A DNA stretch of 64,000 nt from an uncultured Syntrophaceae bacterium (GCA_964628025.1 CAZVLL010000004.1:118416-182415); one strand, 5' to 3'. Shown: positions 18,845 to 28,792, counted from the stretch's first letter. A program made the numbers and translations. The notes: a model not told the origin generated them from the sequence alone.

Positions 18845-21163
18845 TTAAACGGTCAAGGTTACCATTACTCTCGCCTCCTCTCCGTCCTGAGTGGAGGGCA
18901 TCCTGATCTTCCTGATCTCAGCGGTTACGCACCGATGGACCTTGCTGTTATTGAGTGTACTGGAAAGAAGCTGTACGTTCTTCACCGTGCCGTTGGGGTT
19001 GATCGTGATCCGCAAGACGATGTTTCCTCCGGACCCGGCAATGCAGGATTCGAACAGACGGAGATGGTCGCTCAGCACCGTGTAAACAGCCTCCCGCGAG
19101 AGCCCATGCGAAACGCCTATATCGGCGATGGCTATTGCTGCCTTTCTGTCCTTCTCTTCGTCCTTTACCCGCATCTCTCTTGCGAGGGCCTTGTCTTCTG
19201 CTGTCCCGGCAATCGCCTTTTTTGCCATCTGCGCCACGGGTGCATAGGCACGCATCATGTTGCCGCCGACGGCATAGTCGGATACGCCCTGCGGAAGCGG
19301 CAGGGGCTGCTTCACTGTCGTGGGTTTCCCGTCGCTGTTCCGCACTTCCGAATCGACGGCCACGAAAGAAGTATATGCCGTCAGCAGGTTATACCGAAGA
19401 CCCAGTTCCGTGACCTCCTGGATCCGCCCGTCGCTGACCTTGAGCCTGTTGTAGTCCGAGAGCACCGCAATCCTGTGGCGTGCCCATAGGGTGCCCAGGG
19501 CCGAATGTGCATCCGAGGGTTTCACCTTGCTTACATTGATCTTCTCGGTATGCTTTCCTTCCCCCGAAACTCCTTGCAGCGTGATGGTTCCTTTCGCCTT
19601 GCCGCGCCATTTGCCGAAAACGATGACGGGACGTTCCGCCAGGATATCGGGAATGCTGAGCGGTTCGACATCATGGGTGTCGAATCCCTTGAAATCGATC
19701 TTCACCTGTGTGAGCACCGGCGATTCGATCAACTTGCGGAACGCGGCAGCCTTTGCAGGTGCCTCGTCGGCCTTCGCGATCACGAAAGGATCTCCCATCC
19801 CGACGTGTGCCATCCCCTCGATAATATGGCGATTGACGGCCGTCCCAATCCCGAAGGCAAACATGTTGGCATTGTCCAGTCCGCTTCGGATCAGGTCGAA
19901 GACTTCTTCTTCGACGGTGACATAGCCGTCGGTGGCGATGACGATGGTCCGGGACGTATTATCTACTTTCTTCAGGGAGAGTGCCCGTTTCAGCGCAGGC
20001 AAAAGCTCCGTACCGCCGCCACCCCTCTGGCGATCGATAAGCTGAATGGCCCTCGCGATGTTCTCCTGCGTGGCCGGCAATGATTCCTCGGCCATGACCG
20101 ATGAACCACCCGAGAAAAGCAGGACGTTGAACCGGTCCGTGGGCCTCAGGTTCCCGATCAGATCGGCCATGAGTTTTTTCGATATTTCCAGCGGGAAGCC
20201 GTGCATGGAACCCGACACATCGACGATGAAGATGTACTCCCGGCCGGGGATGTCTGCCTTCGTGATTCTCTTTGGGGGTTGCATCATGAGAAGAAAGAAA
20301 TTTTCTTTTTTCCCCTCATAGAGTAGCAGACCCGACTGGATCCTGTCGCCGTCGAGACGATACCGCAGGATATAATCGCGATTGCCGCCGGAGGTATCCG
20401 AACTATCAAGAATCACCTTTGCCGTTGTGGGACCGCTGTACGAGGCGTTCACCGTGTGCGACGGGCACACAAGCTCCCGGATCGGCAGTCCCGCGGCAAT
20501 GTCCACGGTGATGCCGAATGTGTAGGATGGAGATTCACTCTGACGAAAATAGGGATTCTGGACCCAGTGCTCCGATGGAGGAGCCGTCTCGGCCTTCTGG
20601 CTGGAATAGCGGGGCCCGACGACGGTGGGATAAACGAACTCGTACACGCTGTCCGTCGGGGCGATCAGCTCTGTGTACTTCATCTCCACTTTGATCTCGT
20701 CGCCGGGCATGATGTTGGCCACGTTCATCTGGAAGACGTTGGGCCGCTGCTGCTCCAGTAGAGAGGCGCTCCTTCCCTGGTCGCGCGCCTGCTCGTACTC
20801 TCGCCGGGCATCGTCACGCTTTTTGATCTGCGCCTCGACCACGCGCTTGCCGATGTTCATCTTCATTCCGTAAATGGCCGCCCTCGTCGAGGCGGGAAAG
20901 ACGTAGACCGCCTCAAGGGGCTTCTTTCCTTCATTTTTATAGACCTGCGTTACGAGGACATCGGCGATGACACCCGAGATGCGGACCGAGGCCGAGGTGG
21001 ATTTCAGGGGAAGCCGTTCCAGGGATGGGTCGTCGCTTTTCACGAAGAAATAGGGTGACAGGGTCCGATCGTAGGTTGTCTCCGGGCCTGCAGAAGCCGC
21101 GGTAAGCGGGTACATCGAGGCGATCAGGATGAAAAGTATCAGAAGTCGAATGGCCGGTTTCAT
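18845..21163 (-). CDS. Secreted VIT + von Willebrand factor A domain protein with C-terminal TonB-C-like domain
   Basis: Signal peptide, VIT (VTQVYKN...EAVYVFP...ASLLEQQRPNVF), MIDAS DVSGSM, GGGGTEL, TDG; SD AGGAGG before ATG 21163. Confidence 0.85.
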   Translation of the reverse strand: MKPAIRLLILFILIASMYPLTAASAGPETTYDRTLSPYFFVKSDDPSLERLPLKSTSASVRISGVIADVLVTQVYKNEGKKPLEAVYVFPASTRAAIYGMKMNIGKRVVEAQIKKRDDARREYEQARDQGRSASLLEQQRPNVFQMNVANIMPGDEIKVEMKYTELIAPTDSVYEFVYPTVVGPRYSSQKAETAPPSEHWVQNPYFRQSESPSYTFGITVDIAAGLPIRELVCPSHTVNASYSGPTTAKVILDSSDTSGGNRDYILRYRLDGDRIQSGLLLYEGKKENFFLLMMQPPKRITKADIPGREYIFIVDVSGSMHGFPLEISKKLMADLIGNLRPTDRFNVLLFSGGSSVMAEESLPATQENIARAIQLIDRQRGGGGTELLPALKRALSLKKVDNTSRTIVIATDGYVTVEEEVFDLIRSGLDNANMFAFGIGTAVNRHIIEGMAHVGMGDPFVIAKADEAPAKAAAFRKLIESPVLTQVKIDFKGFDTHDVEPLSIPDILAERPVIVFGKWRGKAKGTITLQGVSGEGKHTEKINVSKVKPSDAHSALGTLWARHRIAVLSDYNRLKVSDGRIQEVTELGLRYNLLTAYTSFVAVDSEVRNSDGKPTTVKQPLPLPQGVSDYAVGGNMMRAYAPVAQMAKKAIAGTAEDKALAREMRVKDEEKDRKAAIAIADIGVSHGLSREAVYTVLSDHLRLFESCIAGSGGNIVLRITINPNGTVKNVQLLSSTLNNSKVHRCVTAEIRKIRMPSTQDGEEARVMVTLTV

Positions 21164-21194
21164 AATGTACCTCCTTGATTCTTGTTCTGATTGT

Positions 21195-21223
21195 TTAGAC
21201 AACAGAGGCCTCAAAAAAGTTCC
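21195..21223 (-). promoter_or_regulatory. ECF (RpoE/AlgU-like) promoter upstream of VIT-vWA/ECF/anti-sigma operon
   Basis: Minus strand GGAACTT-N16-GTCTAA. Confidence 0.7.
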
Positions 21224-21270
21224 AGCCGTGAATCGTTCTCCACCCTTTGCCCGGTACCCTCACTTCTGGT

Positions 21271-21357
21271 GACAATTTTGTTCATACACGCGAAGACCTC
21301 TTGTTTTTTGTGCCTATTTTCGCTATAGGAACAATTCTGTCATACGACAAGAATGTT
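21271..21357. promoter_or_regulatory. Three ACA-N4-TGT boxes around candidate sigma70 promoter of the activator gene
   Basis: GACAATTTTGTT 21271-21282, AACAATTCTGTC 21330-21341, GACAAGAATGTT 21346-21357; TTGTTT-N17-TATAGG 21301-21329. Confidence 0.55.
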
Positions 21358-21371
21358 CAACAGGATACGCC

Positions 21372-22898
21372 ATGAGCCGATTCAACTACGAGGAACTTGC
21401 CGCTCTGCATACCATCGCGAAAATTCTGACCCAGACCGGTGAGCTGCGCGAACAGCTTGACAAGATCATGATCGAACTGAGCAAGCGCCTCGGAATGGAA
21501 CGCGGAATGATCTCCATCCTGGATCAGAAAACAGGAGAGACCTGGCTGGAAGTGGCCCGCGGGGTCGATATCGAAGGCCTCGACATCAGCTACAAGCCAG
21601 GCGAGGGAATCACGGGCAAGGTCGCTCAGACAGGACGGCCCATGGCCATCGCAAACCTGGGCAAGGAGAACCTCTTCCTTGACCGCACCGGCGCCCGGAA
21701 GCACCTCGACCGTTCCCAGCTTGCGTTCCTCTGTGTCCCCATCATCTACAACGGGAAGGTTGCGGGCGTGCTGTCGGCCGACAAACTCACCCACAAGGTC
21801 ACAGACCTCGAGGAGGAGGTGGCCATTTTATCGGCCGTGGCAGATCTCATCGCCAAGGCCGTTCACGGGCTGGGACTGGAGGAGGAAAACCGGCGGCTGC
21901 GGAAGATGCTCAGCCATACGCGAACCATCTCCACGGACATCATCGGGAATTCCAAGCCCATGCTGGACGTGCTCAACCTGATTTCCCAGGTGGCCGACTC
22001 GGGCACGACGGTCCTCATCAACGGGGAGACCGGAACAGGAAAAGAACTCGTGGCGCGGGCGATCCACTCCAACAGTCCCCGCAAGAACGGCCCCTTCATC
22101 CAGGTCAACTGCGCCGCCATGCCCGATACGCTCATTGAAAGCGAACTCTTCGGTCATGAGAAAGGGGCCTTCACCGGAGCCATCCAGCGGCGCCGCGGTC
22201 TCTTCGAGGAGGCCCACGGCGGGACTATTTTCCTCGACGAGATCGGGGAGCTTTCCCCGGCGGCACAAGCCAAGGTGCTTCGCGTGCTTCAGGAAAAACA
22301 GCTCCAGCCGGTTGGTTCTTCACGGACGGTCACGGTGAATGTCCGTATCATTGCGGCTACGAACCGGATCCTGGAACAGGATGTGGCCGAGGGTCGTTTC
22401 CGTGCGGACCTCTACTACCGGCTCAACGTGTTTCCCATCTACATGCCGAATCTGCGGGAGCGGGGAAGCGACATCATCCTGCTGACGGATCACTTCATCG
22501 TGAAGTATGCCAAGATACTCGTGAAGCGCGTAAAGAGGATTTCCACACCGGCACTGGACATGCTTCTCGCGTACCATTGGCCCGGGAATGTCCGCGAGCT
22601 GGAAAACTGCATCGAACGGGCCGTGATCCTGGCCCCCGGTGATTCCATCGAAAGCCCCCACCTGCCACCGTCGCTTCAGTTGAAATCGAAAGAGGCGGCA
22701 AAGACGGAACGGGGCAAACTCGAAACCCTCGTCAGTGCCTACGAGCGATCCCTGATCATTGACGCGCTGAAAGACGCCCGCGGCAACCAGAGCAAAGCGG
22801 CAAAATTTCTGGGAACGACGAAACGGATTATCCAGTACAAAATCACGAAATACGCCATCGATCCCCAGCGTTTCAAATCCAAACGGATTGCATCCTAA
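21372..22898 (+). CDS. NifA-like sigma54-dependent transcriptional activator (GAF-AAA+-HTH)
   Basis: N-terminal GAF ([21 protein letters not shown]), [31 protein letters not shown], Fis-type HTH. Confidence 0.93.
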   Translation: MSRFNYEELAALHTIAKILTQTGELREQLDKIMIELSKRLGMERGMISILDQKTGETWLEVARGVDIEGLDISYKPGEGITGKVAQTGRPMAIANLGKENLFLDRTGARKHLDRSQLAFLCVPIIYNGKVAGVLSADKLTHKVTDLEEEVAILSAVADLIAKAVHGLGLEEENRRLRKMLSHTRTISTDIIGNSKPMLDVLNLISQVADSGTTVLINGETGTGKELVARAIHSNSPRKNGPFIQVNCAAMPDTLIESELFGHEKGAFTGAIQRRRGLFEEAHGGTIFLDEIGELSPAAQAKVLRVLQEKQLQPVGSSRTVTVNVRIIAATNRILEQDVAEGRFRADLYYRLNVFPIYMPNLRERGSDIILLTDHFIVKYAKILVKRVKRISTPALDMLLAYHWPGNVRELENCIERAVILAPGDSIESPHLPPSLQLKSKEAAKTERGKLETLVSAYERSLIIDALKDARGNQSKAAKFLGTTKRIIQYKITKYAIDPQRFKSKRIAS

Positions 22899-22938
22899 AG
22901 AGGGAGGATTCCACGTCGTGCCTAAACACTTAATCCGG

Positions 22939-23121
22939 TACATTTATGTAGCTGTTTCCTGCCGCTTCTATTCTTGAAATGCCCTCAGGCGGTCTTCTCT
23001 GAGCCCCCGGATTCTTCCCGACGTGAATATTTAAACCCCTCACATCAAGGAGTTAACAGCTGTTCTTGTCTTTTATCCGCAATGCTGCGGAACTGTGTTT
23101 CGAACGTGGCATGTTTTTTGA
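22939..23121 (+). promoter_or_regulatory. Box + IHF-like site + near-consensus sigma54 promoter upstream of HTH-only gene
   Basis: TACATTTATGTA 22939-22950; CATCAAGGAGTTA 23043-23055 (1 mismatch to WATCAANNNNTTR); TGGCATGTTTTTTGA 23107-23121 (GG-N10-GA, -12 imperfect). Confidence 0.5.
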
Positions 23122-23176
23122 CAATTCACGATACATAAGTTTTTCATTCCACAACAACCGGGCGGAGTGAAACATC

Positions 23177-23386
23177 ATGAACGTGGAAAAAATGGAGAGC
23201 AAAACAGTATCATCCCTAGCCAGTCTTATGAACGCTTATGAGCGTGCATTGATCATCGATGCGCTCGTAAGCACACTGGGAAATCAGAGTCAGGCGGCAA
23301 AACGGCTCGGCACATCCAAGAGGGTGATTCACTACAAGATACACAAATACGGGATCGACCCTCGCCGTTTCCGGATGGGCCTGTAG
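23177..23386 (+). CDS. Stand-alone Fis-type HTH protein, paralog of the upstream activator's DNA-binding domain
   Basis: SD GGAG; AYERALIIDAL....GNQSQAAKRLGTSKRVIHYKIHKYGIDP. Confidence 0.85.
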   Translation: MNVEKMESKTVSSLASLMNAYERALIIDALVSTLGNQSQAAKRLGTSKRVIHYKIHKYGIDPRRFRMGL

Positions 23387-23411
23387 TCGATCAAGCGGGG
23401 GCCCGTAAAGT

Positions 23412-23452
23412 TACATTATTGTACGTGGCATTTTGCGAAATACAATATTGTT
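23412..23452. promoter_or_regulatory. Paired ACA-N4-TGT boxes overlapping candidate sigma70 promoter of glutamate synthase operon
   Basis: TACATTATTGTA 23412-23423 and TACAATATTGTT 23441-23452; TTGTAC-N16-TACAAT 23419-23446. Confidence 0.6.
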
Positions 23453-23522
23453 CCTTTTTTACTTTCTCCCCGGATCAAAGACCGTCATCCAAAAACGATG
23501 ATGATGCGAAGGAACTGAGATC

Positions 23523-24653
23523 ATGTGTCGACTTTTTTCCATCACAAGCGAACAGCCTCTTTCTCCTCTGATTGCCCTCGAGGCGCTCAACGTCATGAAG
23601 GAAGGCCACGATGGCTCCGGAGTCGGTCTTTACATGACCGATCTAGGCGGAGAATTCGCCGGCTACAAGCAATGCCCGATTCTTTCGGGGATCTTCACGA
23701 AAGAAGGAATGAAGAAGCTCAACGATTACATGACGGCCCGAGGCTTTGTCGCAAAGCACGAGGTCGTCATCCGGCCCTCCAAAACCCCTCCGACGGGGAC
23801 CCCGCGACGAGACGTATACCTGTTTGCAGTTTATGAGTACCCTGCCGAGTGGATGGATCTCAGCCGGGAAGAGCGATCGCTTCGCTTCATGGTCACCCGC
23901 GTCCAGTTGCGCCAGATGGGCCTGGAGGACGGCTCGATGATGGTCTTCAGCTTCTGGCCCGACGTGCTCATGCTCAAGGAGATCGGCGATCCCCTCGAGG
24001 TGGCCGATTACCTCGATCTCGACAGGCGGAACATCCTGGCCCGTAGCATGCTGGCCCAGGGCCGTCAAAACACGAACTACGCTATCACGCTGTATGCCTG
24101 CCACCCTTTTTTCATCCAGGGTATGGCGACCATGACCAACGGAGAGAACACGGCCTTCGTTCCGATTCGAGAGTTCCTCCTCTCAAGGAATTGCCCCGGC
24201 TACATCGGCTACCAGTCCGACTCGGAAGTGTTCACCCATATCATGCATTATACGCATTACAGGCTCGGCATGGGACTCGAGGCCTACAAACACATCATTA
24301 CCCCGTTGAAAGATGAAGAACTGAACAAACACCCCGACGGGAAGTGGCTTCGGCTGTTGAAGCATACCTGCCGTCCCCTCATCATCGACGGGCCCAACTG
24401 CGTCATCGGTTTTTTGCCCGACAAAACCATGTTTGTCGTTCAGGACAGCAAGAAACTCCGCCCCGGTATTATCGGCGGCAAACCGGGACTCTTCGCCGTT
24501 TCCTCGGAGATGTGCGGCCTCGATTACGTCATTCCCGACCGCGACAAGAGCCGGGATTTTCAGCCCATGAAATACGATGTCGCCAGTGTCGGTCCCGATC
24601 GTTCGGAGGTTAATGTATGGAATCAATGGGAACCCTTCACCCATCCACGCTGA
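23523..24653 (+). CDS. Glutamate synthase, glutamine amidotransferase (class II) subunit, GltB domain 1
   Basis: N-terminal Cys nucleophile (MCRLF), QGRQNTN, ACHPF, TNGEN, SDSEV, DGP, LRP. Confidence 0.88.
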   Translation: MCRLFSITSEQPLSPLIALEALNVMKEGHDGSGVGLYMTDLGGEFAGYKQCPILSGIFTKEGMKKLNDYMTARGFVAKHEVVIRPSKTPPTGTPRRDVYLFAVYEYPAEWMDLSREERSLRFMVTRVQLRQMGLEDGSMMVFSFWPDVLMLKEIGDPLEVADYLDLDRRNILARSMLAQGRQNTNYAITLYACHPFFIQGMATMTNGENTAFVPIREFLLSRNCPGYIGYQSDSEVFTHIMHYTHYRLGMGLEAYKHIITPLKDEELNKHPDGKWLRLLKHTCRPLIIDGPNCVIGFLPDKTMFVVQDSKKLRPGIIGGKPGLFAVSSEMCGLDYVIPDRDKSRDFQPMKYDVASVGPDRSEVNVWNQWEPFTHPR

Positions 24654-26251
24654 GCACCAAGGACCTGCGCTGGCGGATCCTCTGGAGCAAGGAAAAGTGC
24701 ACCCTCTGCGGCCGCTGTACGGCCGTCTGCCCCGTGCAGTCCATTGAGTTGGGCGTACATCGCAAACGAACGGTTTCCGTCCCCCTGGGAATCAAGGAAA
24801 CGCCGGGTGCGGCCTTTTCCGTGTATCATGGAATCGATCAAAGGACCGACCCAGCCTACGCCTGCATCGGCTGCGCCATGTGCAACCTCGTGTGTCCCAA
24901 CGAAGCCATCATTCCCGTGCAAAACGAGGAGATCGACAAGCAGCGGTTCCACATCAATACGGGCGGGATTCCCCGCAGGCGCGGCGGCCGTCGCAACAAC
25001 CCGGGAAGCCTGCTGGACCAGATCAAGTTCGTCCGCATCTCCATGCTGACCGACCCGGCCCTCGACGCCGGCCGCCACGAATTCGAACTGAGAACGCTTT
25101 TGGGCCGTATCCTTCCTGCCGAGGAGGCCCTGCAGTTCACCCGGGAAAATGGCTGGATCCCTCCTGTCCGCGAAATTTACCCGCTCATCATCGGGAGCAT
25201 GTCCTTCGGGGCGCTGTCCCCTACCATGTGGGAAGGGCTCCAGATGGGGGTGGCCTATCTCAACGAAGAGCTTAAAATGCCCGTGCGGATGTGCACCGGC
25301 GAGGGCGGCTGTCCCCCGAGGCTTTTGCGCTCACGCTTCATCAAGTACGTCATCCTCCAGATCGCCAGCGGCTACTTCGGCTGGGATGAGATCATCCACG
25401 CATTGCCCGAGATGAAGGAAGATCCCTGTGCAGTGGAAATCAAATACGGGCAGGGCGCCAAGCCCGGCGACGGGGGCCTGCTGATGTGGTACAAGGTCAA
25501 CAGCCTCATCGCCCGGGTTCGCGGCGTGCCGGCTGGCGTGAGCCTCCCCAGCCCGCCCACGCACCAGACAAAGTACTCCATTGAGGAGTCCGTGGCAAAG
25601 ATGATCCAGTCCATGTACATGGCCTGGGGGTTCCGCGTTCCCGTGTATCCCAAGATCTCCGCCACAAGCACCACCAATGCCGTGCTCAACAACCTGACCC
25701 GCAACCCCTACGCCGGAGGGCTCGCCATCGACGGAGAGGACGGCGGTACCGGGGCCGCGTACAACGTTTCCATGGATCACATGGGTTACCCCATCGCGAG
25801 CAATATCCGGGACGCCTACCTCAATCTGGTCAAAATCGGAAAGCAGAACGAAATCCCGCTCTTTGCCGCCGGCGGTATCGGAAAAAACGGGAACCTCGCC
25901 GCCAATGCCGCCGCCCTCATCATGCTGGGAGCAAGCGGCGTCCAGATCGGCAAATACGCCATGCAGGCGGCAGCGGGCTGCCTCGGCTCGGAGACGGACC
26001 GCTGCAATGTCTGCAACATCGGTCTTTGTCCGAAAGGAATCACCTCTCAAGATCCCCGCCTGTACCGGCGTCTTGATCCCGAGAAAGTGGCCGAGCGCCT
26101 CGTGGACATGGTTCTCAGTTTTGACACGGAACTGAGGAAGGTTGTTGCCCCCCTGGGCCGTTCCACCTCGCTGCCCATCGGTATGGCCGATGCCCTCGGG
26201 ATCGCCGACAAGGCGGCGGCGGAGCGGCTTCAGATCCAATACGTCGTGTAG
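24617..26251 (+). CDS. Glutamate synthase FMN-binding subunit with N-terminal 2x[4Fe-4S] domain (GltB domain 2)
   Basis: CTLCGRCTAVCP, CIGCAMCNLVCP, MSFGALS, TGEGG, EIKYGQGAKPGDGG, CNVCNIGLCPKGITSQ. Confidence 0.92.
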   Translation: MESMGTLHPSTLSTKDLRWRILWSKEKCTLCGRCTAVCPVQSIELGVHRKRTVSVPLGIKETPGAAFSVYHGIDQRTDPAYACIGCAMCNLVCPNEAIIPVQNEEIDKQRFHINTGGIPRRRGGRRNNPGSLLDQIKFVRISMLTDPALDAGRHEFELRTLLGRILPAEEALQFTRENGWIPPVREIYPLIIGSMSFGALSPTMWEGLQMGVAYLNEELKMPVRMCTGEGGCPPRLLRSRFIKYVILQIASGYFGWDEIIHALPEMKEDPCAVEIKYGQGAKPGDGGLLMWYKVNSLIARVRGVPAGVSLPSPPTHQTKYSIEESVAKMIQSMYMAWGFRVPVYPKISATSTTNAVLNNLTRNPYAGGLAIDGEDGGTGAAYNVSMDHMGYPIASNIRDAYLNLVKIGKQNEIPLFAAGGIGKNGNLAANAAALIMLGASGVQIGKYAMQAAAGCLGSETDRCNVCNIGLCPKGITSQDPRLYRRLDPEKVAERLVDMVLSFDTELRKVVAPLGRSTSLPIGMADALGIADKAAAERLQIQYVV

Positions 26252-26266
26252 CCGGAGAGAAAAACC

Positions 26267-28645
26267 GTGAGAGAAAAGAAGTCACCCAGGAAAAACGTCA
26301 GGACCAAGGAACCTACCCTTGTCGTCGAAGGGATGGTGAAGGGGCGGCGGATCGACTCGCGTGTCCTCGAAGAGCGTATGCAGAAGGCCGTGGAAGCCGG
26401 TCACCGCTCGATCGAGGTTCAGGCCTTCGGGCAGCACGGTATCGGGGGCAGGCTCTGGAAGGCGGGAAACGAAGCGCTCACGATCCGAATCAGCGGATCC
26501 CCCGGACAGCGTGTGGGTTCCATGGGATTTCCCAACACCTTCATCGAGGTCACGGGCCCTGCCTCCGACGACGTGGGCTGGCTGAACGCCGGCGCCACGA
26601 TTGTCGTGCACGGCCACGCCACCAACGGCTGCGGCAACGCCATGGCCCAGGGAAAGATTTTCGTGGCGGGCGATATCGGCGCCCGCGGCATGACCATGAC
26701 CAAGCACAACCCCCGGTTCGCCCCCCCTGAACTGTGGGTACTGGGCGGTGTCGGTGATTCCTTTGCCGAATTCATGGCAGGAGGCATCGCCGTCGTGTGC
26801 GGCCACGAGTCCCACCAGGCAGACAATGTTCTGGGCCACCGCCCCTGTGTAGGCATGGTGGGCGGGAAGATCTTCTTCCGCGGCCCCTACAAAGGCCACA
26901 GCGAGGAGGATGCCCGCCTCGATCCCGTTTCAGCCGCCGACTGGAAGTGGCTCAAGGCCGGCATGAAGGACTTTCTCCGCTCTATCGGGCGCGATGAACT
27001 CTACGAAAGCCTGACGGAAGATCCGGCCGTCTGGAAGCTCCTCTCGGCCCGCAAGCCCGGTGAGAAAGGCACGAAGGCCGTCCGCAAAATGGAAGACTTC
27101 CGCCGCTTCGTCTGGGACAGCGAACTCGGAAAGGGCGGGTTGATAGGGGATCTGACCGATATGGACCGAAGCCCGATCCCGGTCATCACAACGGGGACCC
27201 TCCGGCGTTTTGTCCCGGTCTGGGAGAACCTGAAATTCCTGCCGCCGTGCCAGGCCAGTTGCCCCACCGGGATCCCCGTGCAGAAGCGCTGGGAAATGGT
27301 GCGAAAGGGGCTCGTCGACGAGTCTGTCGACATCGCGCTGGCCTACACGCCATTCCCCGTCACGGTCTGCGGATACCTCTGCCCCAACGTCTGCATGCAG
27401 CACTGCACGCGGCAGATAGAAGGCATGAAGCCGGTGGACATCGCGGTTCTGGGCAAGGCAAGCCTCAAGGCGAAGCCGCCCGAGCCGGCACCGGCTTCGG
27501 GCTACAGGGTGGCCATTGTCGGCGGCGGGCCTGCAGGTCTCTCCATCGCCTGGCAGCTGTACCTGAAGGGCCATCAGCCCGTCGTCTTCGACCGGGGCGA
27601 GGAGCTGGGGGGAAAGATCACGAGTTCCATCCCCAGCCTGCGCATCCCCGACGAGATCGTCCGGCATGAAATCGATCGGGTGAAAGGACTCATCCCCAAG
27701 GTCCACACGAAGAAAGACCTGTCGAAAAAGGAGTTCACGAAACTTCGCGAAGAATACGACTACGTCGTCATCGCCACGGGGGCCCAGAAGCCGCGCATGC
27801 TCCCGATCCCCGGAATCGAGCGCGCCCTTCCGGCCCTCGAATTCCTGCGCGCCAGCAAGGAGAACCGCATCCGGGTCGGAACACGCGTCGTCGTCATCGG
27901 TGCGGGAAACGTGGGATGCGACGCGGCGGCGGAGGCAGCGCGGCTCGGCGCCATGGACATCACGCTTATCGACATCCAGGAGCCGGCCTCTTTCGGAAAG
28001 GAGCGCCAGCATGCCGAGGCAGCGGGGGCCAAGTTCCTCTGGCCTGTCGCCTCAAGGGCCATCACCGCGGAAGGCGTCGAGCTCTCGAAAGGAGATATCC
28101 TGCCCGCCGACACGGTCATCGTGGCCGTCGGCGACCAGCCCGACCTGGGCTTTGTTCCTGACAGCATCACCACGGACAGGGGATTCGTCGTCGTAAACGA
28201 GCATTTCCAGACAAGTGACCCCAAGGTCTTCGCCGTGGGCGACACGGTCAGGCTGGGGCTTCTCACAGAGGCCATCGGCGCAGGCCGAAGAGCCGCAGAG
28301 TCCATCGACGCTTTGCTCAAGGGTCGCGAACCGGCCCTCGACACGCTGCCGCCCATCCCCTCGGCCCGGATCAAGCTCGAATACTATGACCCGCGAGTCA
28401 AAGGCTTCGGGGATGTAGACGACTGCGCCGGCGAGTGCGCCTCCTGCGGCTCCTGCCGGGACTGCTCTGTGTGCGTCACCCTCTGCCCGCAGAATGCGAT
28501 CTCGCGCAAGGACCTGGGCGGCGGTGCCTACGAGTACACCGTGGACCCCGACCTGTGCATCGGCTGCGGCTTCTGCACGGGTGCCTGTCCCTGCGGGATC
28601 TGGCAACTGGTGGAGAATGTCCCGATCGACAGCGTCAATCAGTAA
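26267..28645 (+). CDS. Glutamate synthase GXGXG domain fused to GltD-like FAD/NAD(P)H oxidoreductase and ferredoxin domain
   Basis: GQHGIGG, AEFMAGG, PPCQASCPTG, VGGGPAG, VIGAGNVGCD, C-terminal CRDCSVC...CIGCGFCTGACPC. Confidence 0.88.
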   Translation: MREKKSPRKNVRTKEPTLVVEGMVKGRRIDSRVLEERMQKAVEAGHRSIEVQAFGQHGIGGRLWKAGNEALTIRISGSPGQRVGSMGFPNTFIEVTGPASDDVGWLNAGATIVVHGHATNGCGNAMAQGKIFVAGDIGARGMTMTKHNPRFAPPELWVLGGVGDSFAEFMAGGIAVVCGHESHQADNVLGHRPCVGMVGGKIFFRGPYKGHSEEDARLDPVSAADWKWLKAGMKDFLRSIGRDELYESLTEDPAVWKLLSARKPGEKGTKAVRKMEDFRRFVWDSELGKGGLIGDLTDMDRSPIPVITTGTLRRFVPVWENLKFLPPCQASCPTGIPVQKRWEMVRKGLVDESVDIALAYTPFPVTVCGYLCPNVCMQHCTRQIEGMKPVDIAVLGKASLKAKPPEPAPASGYRVAIVGGGPAGLSIAWQLYLKGHQPVVFDRGEELGGKITSSIPSLRIPDEIVRHEIDRVKGLIPKVHTKKDLSKKEFTKLREEYDYVVIATGAQKPRMLPIPGIERALPALEFLRASKENRIRVGTRVVVIGAGNVGCDAAAEAARLGAMDITLIDIQEPASFGKERQHAEAAGAKFLWPVASRAITAEGVELSKGDILPADTVIVAVGDQPDLGFVPDSITTDRGFVVVNEHFQTSDPKVFAVGDTVRLGLLTEAIGAGRRAAESIDALLKGREPALDTLPPIPSARIKLEYYDPRVKGFGDVDDCAGECASCGSCRDCSVCVTLCPQNAISRKDLGGGAYEYTVDPDLCIGCGFCTGACPCGIWQLVENVPIDSVNQ

Positions 28646-28719
28646 GCGTTGATGTACGAAGCGGCCGCATCGCGGCCGGAAGGAAAGGACTTGCTTTTTC
28701 AACAGGCTCTGTCAGAATT

Positions 28720-28762
28720 CTTCATTCCGATACGGTCATACAAAAGACCGGATTGAATGAAG
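28720..28762 (+). promoter_or_regulatory. Stem-loop in glnA leader
   Basis: CTTCATTC/GAATGAAG outer stem, CGGTC/GACCG inner stem, loop ATACAAAA; 30 nt before ATG. Confidence 0.45.
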
Positions 28763-28792
28763 CAACCTTTTACCCATATCAAGGAGGCCGTA

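Noticed and set aside
21372-22898. Calling the activator nifA / nitrogen fixation locus
   Set aside because: No nif structural genes in the window, recognition helix differs from NifA, and upstream boxes are ACA-N4-TGT rather than TGT-N10-ACA.
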